NCBI GenBank assembly: GCA_963730185.1
Contig: CAVSQW010000012.1
Location: forward strand, 288,001 to 352,000
DNA: 64,000 bases
Direction of reading: 5' to 3'
DNA from: an uncultured Gemmatimonadales bacterium
GTDB lineage: Bacteria; Gemmatimonadota; Gemmatimonadetes; Gemmatimonadales; GWC2-71-9
Shown here one piece after another: positions 28,132-37,722 of the stretch. The notes below the pieces were generated by a model. The model made no database searches. It saw only the letters and a program-made list of their open reading frames with translations, and was not told the origin of the DNA. The position numbers and the translations under genes are program-made. How positions within the stretch are numbered: position 1 is the stretch's first letter; each line of letters starts with the position of its first letter.

Positions 28132-28377
28132 GGGATTCCGGTCTCCGGGAGCGAGCGACGACGGTTCGGGATGCCGACCGCGAAAATATCAGCGACAGGG
28201 GGTCGCTCGAACGGCGGCATCGAGTCTGACAACGGTGAGCGGGACCTGCCAGTTAGATACCTTCGATCTGCCTGTCCCGCAAGGCGTTGGAGGGTCGGGA
28301 GGGCCCCGCCGCCCACCCGTTCGACCCCAACGCCAATCTCCAATCCCTAGGGAAGCGACGATGCCGCCGCGGGTCCC

Positions 28378-29694
28378 TCACCCCGCCCGCGCCTTGGCCG
28401 CCGTCACGTCCGCCGGCTTCCTGGGCGCCGCCTCCTTGAGGTCGGTCCGGAGCCCGCCGGCCAGCTTGGCCTTCTTCTTGGGCGCCGCGGCCGTCGCCGC
28501 GCCGGCCGGCAGGATCCGGGGCCAGAGCAGCCGGGGCAGCACCAGCCAGAGCAGGGCCAGCAGGATCAGCACGAATAGCGCCAACGGAATCCGGCGGTCG
28601 ATCACCTCCGACCCACCGAGCTGATTGGAAATCCCCGCCGGGATGACCCCCGGCGACACCACCCCCGAGAAAGCCGGCAACGCCATCACCGGTGGCCGCC
28701 AGACGGCCACCCCAGTGGCGGCTGCCGCGCCCCCGCCCAAGGCAAGGCTGGTCCCGATCGCCGTCCACCCTCGCCCAAGCTCCTCCCGCCCCCCGCTCGG
28801 CACGGGGAACGCCAGCTCCCAGGTCGACGAAAGCAGGTTCCGGATGTCGTCCAGCGGCCGGGCCAGCTCGAAGGCGTCGATCGGGACCACGTAGCTCCGA
28901 CCGCGGGGGCCCGCAAGCGCCTGGAGCGCTCGCGGGTCGACCCCACCGCCCAGCCCGATCACCGCCGTCACCAGACCCGAGTTGGCCACGGCCCGGGCCG
29001 CCGTCTGGAGCCCGGCCGCGCCGGTCAGGAGCCCGGAGTCGTCGCCCGGATGGTCCACATCGTTGTTGCCGTCGGTCAGCACCACCAGGACACCCAGGGC
29101 GTCCGCCCCGGCCTGCGCCAGCTCGGTCTTGAGCCGCTCGGTCCCCAGGTCGATCGCGCTGTAGAGGCCGGTGTTCTCCCGGTCGGGCGTGGGAAGGGCC
29201 TCCACCTGATCGATCGCCTGCGCCGGCGGGACGAACCGGGCGCTCCGGATCCGGCCGGCCACGTCCACGCTCCCGAACGGGGCGACCGCCACCTGGATGG
29301 CGCCGTCGGCCATCGATTCCAGGGAGCGAAGGAGGTTGTCCTTGAGGACGATCTTGGCGGTCCCGATCCCCAGGTTCCGCATGCTGCCGCTCACGTCCAC
29401 CAGCATCAGGATCCGCGCCGGCCGGCTCCGGACTCCCGGAAGCCGCCGGGCGAAGGCGACGATCCCGTCGTCACCCCGGAACCGGATCCGCCAGGCCGAG
29501 TCGACCGCGGCCGCTGGCGCGGTGGCAATCCGCCGGGCGGCGTCGACGGTGACGTCGATGGTGGTGGTGAGACAGGCCTGGTTGGTGTTGTCGGCACAGC
29601 GCACCAGCAGCGCGTCGGGCAGCTGAGCCTGGCCCGGCGCCGCCATCCCCGCCAGCAGGGCAACGAGCCCGAAGGCACTCCGGCGCTCGCTCAC
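28378..29694 (-). CDS. exported vWA domain protein with C-terminal TM anchor
   Basis: Signal peptide, MIDAS DVSGS, VLTDG, C-terminal TM and a basic tail. Confidence 0.88.
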   Translation of the reverse strand: MSERRSAFGLVALLAGMAAPGQAQLPDALLVRCADNTNQACLTTTIDVTVDAARRIATAPAAAVDSAWRIRFRGDDGIVAFARRLPGVRSRPARILMLVDVSGSMRNLGIGTAKIVLKDNLLRSLESMADGAIQVAVAPFGSVDVAGRIRSARFVPPAQAIDQVEALPTPDRENTGLYSAIDLGTERLKTELAQAGADALGVLVVLTDGNNDVDHPGDDSGLLTGAAGLQTAARAVANSGLVTAVIGLGGGVDPRALQALAGPRGRSYVVPIDAFELARPLDDIRNLLSSTWELAFPVPSGGREELGRGWTAIGTSLALGGGAAAATGVAVWRPPVMALPAFSGVVSPGVIPAGISNQLGGSEVIDRRIPLALFVLILLALLWLVLPRLLWPRILPAGAATAAAPKKKAKLAGGLRTDLKEAAPRKPADVTAAKARAG

Positions 29695-30830
29695 AGGGAC
29701 GCCTCCGGGAACCGGCGGAACCGGAACTGGTGCTCGCCCAGGACCACCACGTCATCGTTCAGGAGATCGGTCGGTCCGGTGATCGGCTGGGCGGCGAGCA
29801 CGGCGCGCTCTCCCCCCTGACCCGTCGGAGCGATGGCCAGCCGGCCCCGCTGCGCTCGCACCTGGAACCGCCGTCCGAAGGCGTTGGCCACGTCGTCGAG
29901 CACCTCCCACTCCCGGTGGCGGATGAGCCCGACCGAGCCGCCGCTCACGGTCTCGAGCTCGACCACCCCCAACGCCCGGGCCGGCCGGCTCAGCCCGTAG
30001 CCCAACCCCGAGCCCACCAGCACGAAGGCGATCAGTTGCCAGAGGTCGGTCGGGCCCGGGAGCGACATGATCAGGCCGCCGAGCGCCCCGGCGCCCAGGC
30101 CGAACAGGAGCCCGTCGAGCAGCCGGCCTCGGTCACGACCGAACCAACGGGCCCCCAACACGAGGCCGCCCAGACCGCCCGACAGGCCCCACACCAGCAG
30201 CCGGGCCACGATGAACCCTTGACGGGAGCTGCCGAGACCCCCCAACCCGGCGACCAGCAGCCCGAGCAGGGCGCCCACCGTGGTCCCGACCACCCCGAGC
30301 ACCAGCCCGATCGCCACCGCCGCCACCGCCGCTTCGTTCCGCCGGAGCGCCGCGAAGCCGAGGATCGCCGCTCCAACGAAGGCGCCGAGAATCGCGGCCA
30401 CCGTCAGGTCGAGGGTGCCGTAGCTCACCAGCACGGTCCCCAAATCGGTGAAGAGCGACCCGACCAGCCAGGCGACGGCGCCGCCCGACAGCCCGGCCAC
30501 CAGACCGATGTACGCCCCCTTGGGTAGGAACGGTTTGGCCGGCGGCTCCGGCCGGGCCGTCTTCGGACCGGTCCGCCGCTGCATCCGGAGCTCGATCGAG
30601 TAGAGCGGGGCGATCCGGAGGGTCTCGGGCGGCTGCTGGAGATCGAGGGAGCGGCCGTTCCAGGCCACGAACAGCTCGTCCTCGGGCCCTCCCTTGAGCA
30701 TGATCCCCCGCTGGCGGAGCTCTTCCAGGACGTGGCGGAGCTGGGGGCCGAGCGGCCGGTCGTCGTCCAGCGTGAAGGGCACCCGCTCCAACCCGCGCTC
30801 GGTGACGAGATCGATGTTGTAGGTCGGCAT
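29691..30830 (-). CDS. ubiquitin-like N-domain - ~6 Gly-rich TM - degenerate FHA-like protein
   Basis: N-terminal beta-grasp-like region (WNGRSLD...ETLRI....SIEL), Gly-rich hydrophobic helices and C-terminal LLNDDVVVLGEHQFRF. Confidence 0.65.
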   Translation of the reverse strand: MPTYNIDLVTERGLERVPFTLDDDRPLGPQLRHVLEELRQRGIMLKGGPEDELFVAWNGRSLDLQQPPETLRIAPLYSIELRMQRRTGPKTARPEPPAKPFLPKGAYIGLVAGLSGGAVAWLVGSLFTDLGTVLVSYGTLDLTVAAILGAFVGAAILGFAALRRNEAAVAAVAIGLVLGVVGTTVGALLGLLVAGLGGLGSSRQGFIVARLLVWGLSGGLGGLVLGARWFGRDRGRLLDGLLFGLGAGALGGLIMSLPGPTDLWQLIAFVLVGSGLGYGLSRPARALGVVELETVSGGSVGLIRHREWEVLDDVANAFGRRFQVRAQRGRLAIAPTGQGGERAVLAAQPITGPTDLLNDDVVVLGEHQFRFRRFPEASL

Positions 30831-30844
30831 GGGCTAGGAGCGGC

Positions 30845-30891
30845 TGGTGAGTGGGGAGTGGTGACTGGGGAGTGAGTGGTGACTGGTGAGT
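30845..30891. repeat. heptamer tandem repeat TGGKGAS (STRR-like)
   Basis: TGGTGAG TGGGGAG TGGTGAC TGGGGAG TGAG TGGTGAC TGGTGAG, intergenic. Confidence 0.75.
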
Positions 30892-30905
30892 AGCGGCATC
30901 GTCGA

Positions 30906-32405
30906 TCAGACGGTGGTCAGGGTTCGCAGCAGGGTCAAGGCCTGATCGATGGAGCGGCGATGGGTGCGGAAGGCCAGCGCCACCAGGCGGAGGGTGAACC
31001 GGTCGTTCAGCAGCGTCGACGACAGGAACACCCGGCCATCCTTCCGCACCGCGTCGACGATGCCCTGGTTGATTCGGGTCAGCTCGGCCTCGCGGGCCAA
31101 CGGATCGCTCGGGAGCCCCTGGTCCGGCACCCAGCGGTAGGTGACGATCGAGAGCTCGGGCGGAGGACCGACCTCGAAGCCGAGGCGGGCGACCTCGTTC
31201 CGGAAGTAGCGGGCCAGGAGGAGCTTCTCCTCGAGCGCCGCGCGGAACGGACCGAGGCCCAGGAGCTTGAGCGGCAGCCAGAGCCGGAGCGCGCGGAAGT
31301 GCTTGGTCAGCTCGGGCGACACGTCCGCCGGCGAGATCTCGCTCGCGTGGCGGGCGGCGTCCTGCATGTAGTTGGCCTGGTAGTGATGGGTCGCCATCAG
31401 GGCCTGGCGGTCGCGGACCAGCACCACGCCCAGCCCGTAGGGCAGAAAGAGGCTCTTGTGGGGATCCATCACGACGGAATCGGACTGCTCGATCCCCCGG
31501 AGCAGGGTCCGGCCATGCTCGGTGAGCAGGAAGAACCCGCCGTAGGCCGCGTCGACGTGGAACCAGCAGCCGGCCCGCTTGGCGATCGGCGCGATGGCCG
31601 CCAAGGGATCGACCGCCCCGGTGTCGGTGGTGCCGGCCGACCCGATCACCAGCCAGGGAAGGAGCCCCCGGGCCCGGTCTTCGGCGATGGTCGCGTCCAG
31701 GGCCTCGGGGATCATCCGATGGCGCTCGTCGACCGGGAGGTAGCGGCGGACGGCCTCGCCCAGCCCCGCGATCCGGAGCGCCTTGTCGACGCAGTGATGG
31801 GCGTGGGGCGTGAGGTAGACCACGGCGCGGTGGAAGTCGGCCCCTTTCAACCCATGGGCGTCGCGCGCGGTGGCGATCGCGATCAGGTTGGCGATGCTGC
31901 CACCCGAGGCGAGGTTGCCGCCGGCGTCGGCGGGATAGCCCACCAGGCCGGCCATCCATTCGAGCAGCATGTTCTCCATCCGGACCGGGCCTGGACCGGT
32001 GAAGAACACTCCGGCATAGCGGTTGGTCACCGCGGCGAGATAGTCTCCCAAAGCGCCGTGGTAGATCCCGCCACCCGGCACGTAGGCGAGGTGCCCGCCC
32101 GACGCCGGATTGAGTCCCGGCCGGTCCACCTCGGTCCCGAGGAGGGCCAGCGCGTCCTGGACCGGGATGGGGTCCTCGCCGATCGGCGACTCGAGGAGCC
32201 CGGCGGCCGGGTTCTCCACCTCCACGAAGGCCGGCAGGTCGCGGACCCGACGAAGGAACCGCTCCCCGTAGGCGAGCACCGGGTCGCGCAGGGCCCGGCG
32301 GCGCGAGGCCCCGGGCTCGAGCGGCCGGGCTGCCCGCTGCAGGGTCGCGATCCGATCGAGCAGCGCCTGCCGCTCCGGATCGCCGGGCTCAGGCGGGGCG
32401 GTCAC
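30906..32405 (-). CDS. group II PLP-dependent amino-acid decarboxylase
   Basis: SGGSIANL, GTTDTGAVD, HVDAAYGG and DPHKSLFLPYG motifs. GTG start overlaps the kinase stop. Confidence 0.9.
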   Translation of the reverse strand: MTAPPEPGDPERQALLDRIATLQRAARPLEPGASRRRALRDPVLAYGERFLRRVRDLPAFVEVENPAAGLLESPIGEDPIPVQDALALLGTEVDRPGLNPASGGHLAYVPGGGIYHGALGDYLAAVTNRYAGVFFTGPGPVRMENMLLEWMAGLVGYPADAGGNLASGGSIANLIAIATARDAHGLKGADFHRAVVYLTPHAHHCVDKALRIAGLGEAVRRYLPVDERHRMIPEALDATIAEDRARGLLPWLVIGSAGTTDTGAVDPLAAIAPIAKRAGCWFHVDAAYGGFFLLTEHGRTLLRGIEQSDSVVMDPHKSLFLPYGLGVVLVRDRQALMATHHYQANYMQDAARHASEISPADVSPELTKHFRALRLWLPLKLLGLGPFRAALEEKLLLARYFRNEVARLGFEVGPPPELSIVTYRWVPDQGLPSDPLAREAELTRINQGIVDAVRKDGRVFLSSTLLNDRFTLRLVALAFRTHRRSIDQALTLLRTLTTV

Positions 32406-34519
32406 GGCGTCAAGGTGAGAAACTTCCACGCGCCGCCTTCGAATTTGAGGGTCGCCTCGCTCTTGATCACCGAATGAAAGGGATCGCCGCGGTCGGGCTT
32501 GAACGAGAGATCGATCGTGAACGACGCGTCGGCCAGGTCGCCACGCTCGGTGACGTCGGTGATGTTGAGGACGGCCTTCAGGTCCTTGACGTCGTCGCGG
32601 AAGAGATCGTGCCACACCTTTTCCCGGGAGGCCGAGAGGGCCGGAAACAGAGCCTTGACCCGGTCCAGGCTCTTGTTGTTGATGGCGTCGACGTACTGAG
32701 CGATGACCCGGCGGATGGCCGGGGCCCGGCTCGGGGGTGGCGACGGCGGTGTCACCCGCACCGTATCGACCCGGACCGGCGCCGGCGGGGGAGGTGGGGC
32801 CGGCGCAGGTGCCGGGGCCGTCGAGTCGACCGCCTTGGCCACCACCGTGGGCGTCTGCCGGGGAGCCGGCTTGGTGCTGGTCGGCGGCGGCGGTGGGGGC
32901 GGGCTCGGCGCGGGCCGGCTTCGCTGGACCCGGGCCATGAGGCTCTGCCCTTCGCCGTTGTCGGGATCGCGCCGGAGCACCACCGCCAGCTCGCGCTCGG
33001 CGCCGGCCCAGTCGCGGGCGTCGATCAGGCGCCGGGCCTCGGTCAGGCGGCCGGTCACCTCCGCGGCGACGGTCGATCCGGCCGGCGCGATCGTGGAATC
33101 GGACGCCGCAACCGGCGGGGTGGCCGCGACCGTGCTGTCGGCGGGAGCGGCCGGTGTGGACCGGCTCCGCATCGCGGCCAGCACCGCCAGGACGGTGAAG
33201 ACGGCCGCGGTCACGAACACCCCGAGCCCTGCCAGGATCTTCCGCTTGGTGGCCCTTCGGGTAATGTCGGACGGCTGGACGAACGACGGGGGGCTGGTGC
33301 GCGAGCGGCGGGGGGTGAGGCTGGCGGGCCCCAGGACCGGAGTGTCGTGCCGGGCCAGGGCGGCCAGAAAGCCGCGGACCGGGTCGTCGTCGGGCAGCGC
33401 CTCTCCGCCGAGCGCCGCGACCGCCTCGCTCAGCGCGGGGAAGCGGTCGGCGGGCTTCTTGGCCAGCATCCGGTTCACCGCCGCCTCGATCTCGGGCGGG
33501 CAGTCGGGACGGAGCTCGCGGATCGAGGGCGGCGGGTCCCGGCTGATGGCCAGGGCCAACGCCACCGAGGTTTCCCGCTCGAACGGCGGCTTCCCGGTCA
33601 GGAGCTCGAACGCCACCGTGCCGAGGGCGTACTGGTCGGAGGCCGGGGTGAGGACCTCCACCCCGGAGCACTGCTCGGGGCTCATGTAGAGCGGCGTGCC
33701 CATCGGGCCCACGGTCGCGCTGGTGTTGAGATCCATCACCTTGGCGATCCCGAAGTCGGTCACCAGCGCGTTGCCGTAGGCGTCCATCATGATGTTCGCC
33801 GGCTTCACGTCGCGGTGGATCACCCCGGCCCGATGGGCGTGGCTCAACCCGGCGGCCGCCTGGTACATGACCGACTGGACCGCCGCCACCGGCAGGGGGC
33901 CGAACTCGCGGACCATCTGGGCCAGCGACTGGCCCGAGATGAACTGCATCACGAAGAAGTGGAGGTCGTCCATCGCCTCCACCGCGTGGACCGTCACGAT
34001 GTTGGGGTGATGGAACGAGGCCATGGTCCGGGCCTCGCGGAGGAACCGATCCACCAGGGCGTCGTCGAGCAGGAAGCTCGGCCGCATGACCTTGATGGCC
34101 ACCTTCCGGTGGAGGGCCACCTCATGGGCGAGGAAGACCGCCGCCATCCCGCCCCGCCCGAGCTCGCGCTCGACCTCGTACCGCCCGGTCGTCACCTCCT
34201 TGAGGCGCTCGGCCAGCTCCTTCCAGGCCGCCTCGCCGCCGTAGCGCTTCTGCCGCCGCGGCTCGAGGTTGCTCCCCGGTCGCGGCGAGCCGCAGCGGGG
34301 GCAGAAGAGCTCGATCTGGGCCAGCTCCCGGCCGCAGCTGTCGCAGGGGACCGGGACCTCGCCCATCTGGGTCCGCGGCGAGATCGGCGCGCCGCTGGAC
34401 TCACCCGGCGGCGGAGTCGCGACGGCCACCGCCGACTCCGCCGCCTTCCCGCACGACGGACAGAAGAGCTCCCCCTCGAAGAGGGGCTCGCCGCAGCGGG
34501 TGCAGGGATAGGAGTCCAT
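32402..34519 (-). CDS. membrane Ser/Thr kinase with double zinc ribbons, TM, TPR-like and NTF2-like domains
   Basis: Two CxxC...CPxCG ribbons, GRGGMAAV, HRDVKPAN, DFG, GTPLYMSPEQ and a TM. Confidence 0.93.
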   Translation of the reverse strand: MDSYPCTRCGEPLFEGELFCPSCGKAAESAVAVATPPPGESSGAPISPRTQMGEVPVPCDSCGRELAQIELFCPRCGSPRPGSNLEPRRQKRYGGEAAWKELAERLKEVTTGRYEVERELGRGGMAAVFLAHEVALHRKVAIKVMRPSFLLDDALVDRFLREARTMASFHHPNIVTVHAVEAMDDLHFFVMQFISGQSLAQMVREFGPLPVAAVQSVMYQAAAGLSHAHRAGVIHRDVKPANIMMDAYGNALVTDFGIAKVMDLNTSATVGPMGTPLYMSPEQCSGVEVLTPASDQYALGTVAFELLTGKPPFERETSVALALAISRDPPPSIRELRPDCPPEIEAAVNRMLAKKPADRFPALSEAVAALGGEALPDDDPVRGFLAALARHDTPVLGPASLTPRRSRTSPPSFVQPSDITRRATKRKILAGLGVFVTAAVFTVLAVLAAMRSRSTPAAPADSTVAATPPVAASDSTIAPAGSTVAAEVTGRLTEARRLIDARDWAGAERELAVVLRRDPDNGEGQSLMARVQRSRPAPSPPPPPPPTSTKPAPRQTPTVVAKAVDSTAPAPAPAPPPPPAPVRVDTVRVTPPSPPPSRAPAIRRVIAQYVDAINNKSLDRVKALFPALSASREKVWHDLFRDDVKDLKAVLNITDVTERGDLADASFTIDLSFKPDRGDPFHSVIKSEATLKFEGGAWKFLTLTP

Positions 34520-34540
34520 CGGCTCGCCGCCGGAGGGTGC

Positions 34541-34774
34541 CTAACGTCCGGGCTCGACCGACTCGCCGGTTCGGCAGAGCTGGTAGAGCTTCCGGTCGGT
34601 GAGCCGGGCCCAGGCCTCGGGGTACTCGATCACGCGCAACACCTCGCTCGGGGATTCACAGCGGAGCGACCGGAACATGGTGCCCTGATTCTCTTCGGTC
34701 ACCCGGAAGAGGAGATCGCCATTCTCGTCGAGGATCTGTCGCACCGGGGGGCCGGCAGGACGGGACTCGGTCAT
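34541..34774 (-). CDS. small hypothetical protein
   Basis: 77 aa with GAGGTG RBS, in operon context. Confidence 0.6.
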   Translation of the reverse strand: MTESRPAGPPVRQILDENGDLLFRVTEENQGTMFRSLRCESPSEVLRVIEYPEAWARLTDRKLYQLCRTGESVEPGR

Positions 34775-34809
34775 CGCACACCTCGGTTGACGGCGCCGCC
34801 ACCCGCCGG

Positions 34810-36731
34810 TCAGTTCTTCTCGAGCTTCCTGGCCTCGTCGGCGGCGTCCCGATTCCCGAGGGCGGCGGACCGCTTGAACCAGTCGAGCGCCTGGGCCGGC
34901 GACTTCTCCACCCCCCGGCCGTCCTTGTACATCTTGCCCAGGTAGTACATCGCGTCGGCGTCGTTCCGCTCGGCGGCCTGGAGATAGTATCGGGCGGCCT
35001 CGGCCTCGTTCTTCTGGACCCCCTTACCCCGCTCGTAGGCGCGGCCGAGGTGGCTGAGGGCCGCGCCTCCGCTGCCGGCGGCCGCCGCCTGACGGTAGAG
35101 GGCCACGGCGCCCTCCTCGTCCTTCTTGACACCGTCGCCGTTCTCGAGCGCCTCGCCGTACTCGACCATCGCGACCGGGTCGCCCTGGTCGGCCGCCGCT
35201 TTGAACCAGCGGGCCGACTCGCGCTCGTCCTTCTTGATCCCGTTGCCGCTCCGGTAGAGGTATCCGATCCGGGTCTGCGACTCGCGGTTGCCGGCCTCGG
35301 CGGCCTTGAGATACCAATTCGCGGCCTGCTGCATGTCCCGCGGCACGCCGTTGCCCAGCTCCCGCATCCGCCCGATCCGCACCATGGCGTCGACGTCGCC
35401 CTTGGTGGCGGCGGTCAGACAGAGATCGGCCGCCTGCTGCCACTCGCTCCGCCCGAACGCCCGGGCGCAGCTGGGTGGGGGGGCGGGGGCGGCGGCGCGG
35501 GCGCGGGCTTCGGGGCCGGCTGGTCGGCCACCACTTGGCGGAGCGTGGGGCGCCAGCTGAACGTCTGCCCCGCCCGGACCGTGACGGTGGAGGTCATCGA
35601 CTCGAAGCCCCGTACCGAGAGCGACAGTCGATGGGTCCCCGCCTCAACCTCGGTCGAGCGCCCCCGGACCGGCGACCCGTCGATCCGGAAATCCGCGCCG
35701 GCCGGGAGGGCCAACCCCAGCGCCACGGTGCCGCGGGTCGAGGAGGTGGCCGGCGGCGGAGGCTCCGGAGCAGGCGGCTCCGTCAGGGTGGAGTCGGTCA
35801 GTCCGCCGAGCGGGTCGGGCGGCGGGGTCACTACGACCGGCATGGTGCTGTCGACGGCGGGGGGCGCCGGGGCTGGAATCGGCTCGTCGCCGCCCCGGAA
35901 GACCAGCGCCAGGATCAGCACCAGGAGCACCCCGCCCCCGATCCCGAACATCGCCTTCCGCGACAGCTGGAATCGAGGCAGCGACCGGCCGCCGGCGGGA
36001 CGCGCCGCACGCGGGGCCGCGGGCTTGGCCGGTGCGGGAGGCGGCGGCGAAGCCGGGCCGGAGGCGACCGGGGGCGGCATCGGCGGCGGCGCGGCCCCGA
36101 GCACCTGGGTCTTCCCCAGCTCGGCCGCCAGCGGGCGCATCACCTGCGTCTCACCGATCGAATAGGCGGCTTGCGAGGCGTCGGTGGTCTCCTCGCGGCG
36201 AAGCCTCAGGGCCACCAGCTTGCCGTCCCGAGCCAGGTCCTTCGCGAAGAAGACCGTGCCACCGCCTTCCGCACGGTCCATCTGGCCTAGAATCTCATAG
36301 GAACCGGAGGTGGCCTCCTTGACGGCCTCGAGGAGGCCGGCCTTGTCCTCCGCCGAAGGCGCCTGGACCCCGCCTGACAGGTCGGCTCCGCACCGGTAAC
36401 AGAAACGCTCCCAGTCCGAGAGCTCGGCCTTGCACTCCGGACACCGGCTTTCGACCCCCGGCAGGGAGCCGTCGAGGGTTCGGACCACTTCGAGCGTGTA
36501 GTCGTCACCGGCGGCGCCCGAGGGGTTTCGCTGCAGCTTGAGCACGACGAGGTGGGTCGTCTCGTTCTCGCGAGCGAGGTAGACGACGTTGCCGCTCTTG
36601 CTCCGGCCCATCTCACCCAGGATGTCGTACACGCCGGCGGCGGCCTCGCGAACCTGAGCCAGCAAGCGGTCCAGCGGGTCGCCCCCGCCGGCCGCGACAT
36701 TGAACTGGGTGGGCCCGCCGTCTCCGATCAT
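34810..36731 (-). pseudogene. kinase-N-lobe-like x2 / zinc ribbon / TM / PEGA-like / SEL1-repeat protein, frameshifted at a G7 run (35477-35483)
   Basis: Adding one C on the minus strand joins the 438-aa ORF via SCARAFGRSEWQQAADLCLTAATKGDVDA to the SEL1 ORF (34810-35385). Confidence 0.8.
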
Positions 36732-36875
36732 TGCCGCGCTCGATTCGAAACCCAGGGTAACTGGGGAAGGTAGGATATCCTCTTACCCGCGCAAGTCGCG
36801 GGCCGACAAGCGACTTGGCAGCCGTCGCGGGGCCGCCCATGTTCCTTCCGAGCCCCCTTTTCCGGAGGTGTCCCC

Positions 36876-37577
36876 ATGCTCTGGTCGCTCTTGGTTGGAG
36901 CCTTCATCGCCATCCCCGGGCCCGCGCCCGCAGGCATCCCGCCGGCCGCCACCGACTCGATCCGGATCGGCGTCATCAGCGGGCCGCTCGGCTCGTTCGC
37001 CTCGACCATGCTCGAGGCCCGCCGGATCCCGTTCGACACCGTCACCGAAAAGACCCCGAGCGGCGATCTGAACGGGTACGACATCCTGATCGTCGACAAT
37101 CTGTTCCGGCTCACCGACCTGAACGGACCGGCCTTCCAACGGTACGTGGCCAAGGGCGGGGTCCTGGTGGTGATCAACCCGAAACCCGACGGGTTCACCC
37201 GGGCGTTTTCTCCCTACGACATCTTCATCGGGGACTACGTCCGCGAGGGCAAGATCGAAGACCGGAAGCATCCGCTCTTCGACGGCTTCAAGGACGACAA
37301 GCTGCAAGATTTTGCCGATTCGAATGGTCCCTACGTGGGCAATTGCTCGTTCACCGAGCCCGGCAAGCAGTGGACCGTGCTGGCCAAGCCGACCAAGGGC
37401 AAGAACGCGTTGATCGTGGAAGCGGGCTACGGCAAGGGCTGGATGATCCTGACCTGCACTCGCTTCGATTTCTACAACGCGAAGCCCGATCCGACCCGGC
37501 TGGGCGACAACCTGATCGACTACGCCATGGCCAAGGCCCGCGCGATCCATGACTCCGCGGCAGCCAAGCCGCGATGA
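36876..37577 (+). CDS. hypothetical secreted protein
   Basis: GGAGG RBS, signal-like N-terminus, and DLNGYDILIV..YVAKGGVLVV (GATase-like fold hint). Confidence 0.75.
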   Translation: MLWSLLVGAFIAIPGPAPAGIPPAATDSIRIGVISGPLGSFASTMLEARRIPFDTVTEKTPSGDLNGYDILIVDNLFRLTDLNGPAFQRYVAKGGVLVVINPKPDGFTRAFSPYDIFIGDYVREGKIEDRKHPLFDGFKDDKLQDFADSNGPYVGNCSFTEPGKQWTVLAKPTKGKNALIVEAGYGKGWMILTCTRFDFYNAKPDPTRLGDNLIDYAMAKARAIHDSAAAKPR

Positions 37578-37722
37578 GGGAATTGGCGCCTGCTCGTCGC
37601 CTTGCCTGGTGAGACCCCTATAGGCGCTTGACAACTGGAGCCTTACGAGGCCAATTGTGAACGGTACGTCACCGCGGCCATCCCAGCGGCCCCCCCGATC
37701 CACATCCGGCGAGCTTCATACC

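Noticed and set aside
32406..33671. Apparent long N-terminal extension of the decarboxylase (921-aa ORF)
   Set aside because: It is an alternative frame of the kinase gene. The GTG at 32405 gives a normal-sized enzyme.
37628..37656. TTGACA upstream of the Ig-repeat lipoprotein
   Set aside because: No acceptable -10 hexamer at 16-18 nt spacing.
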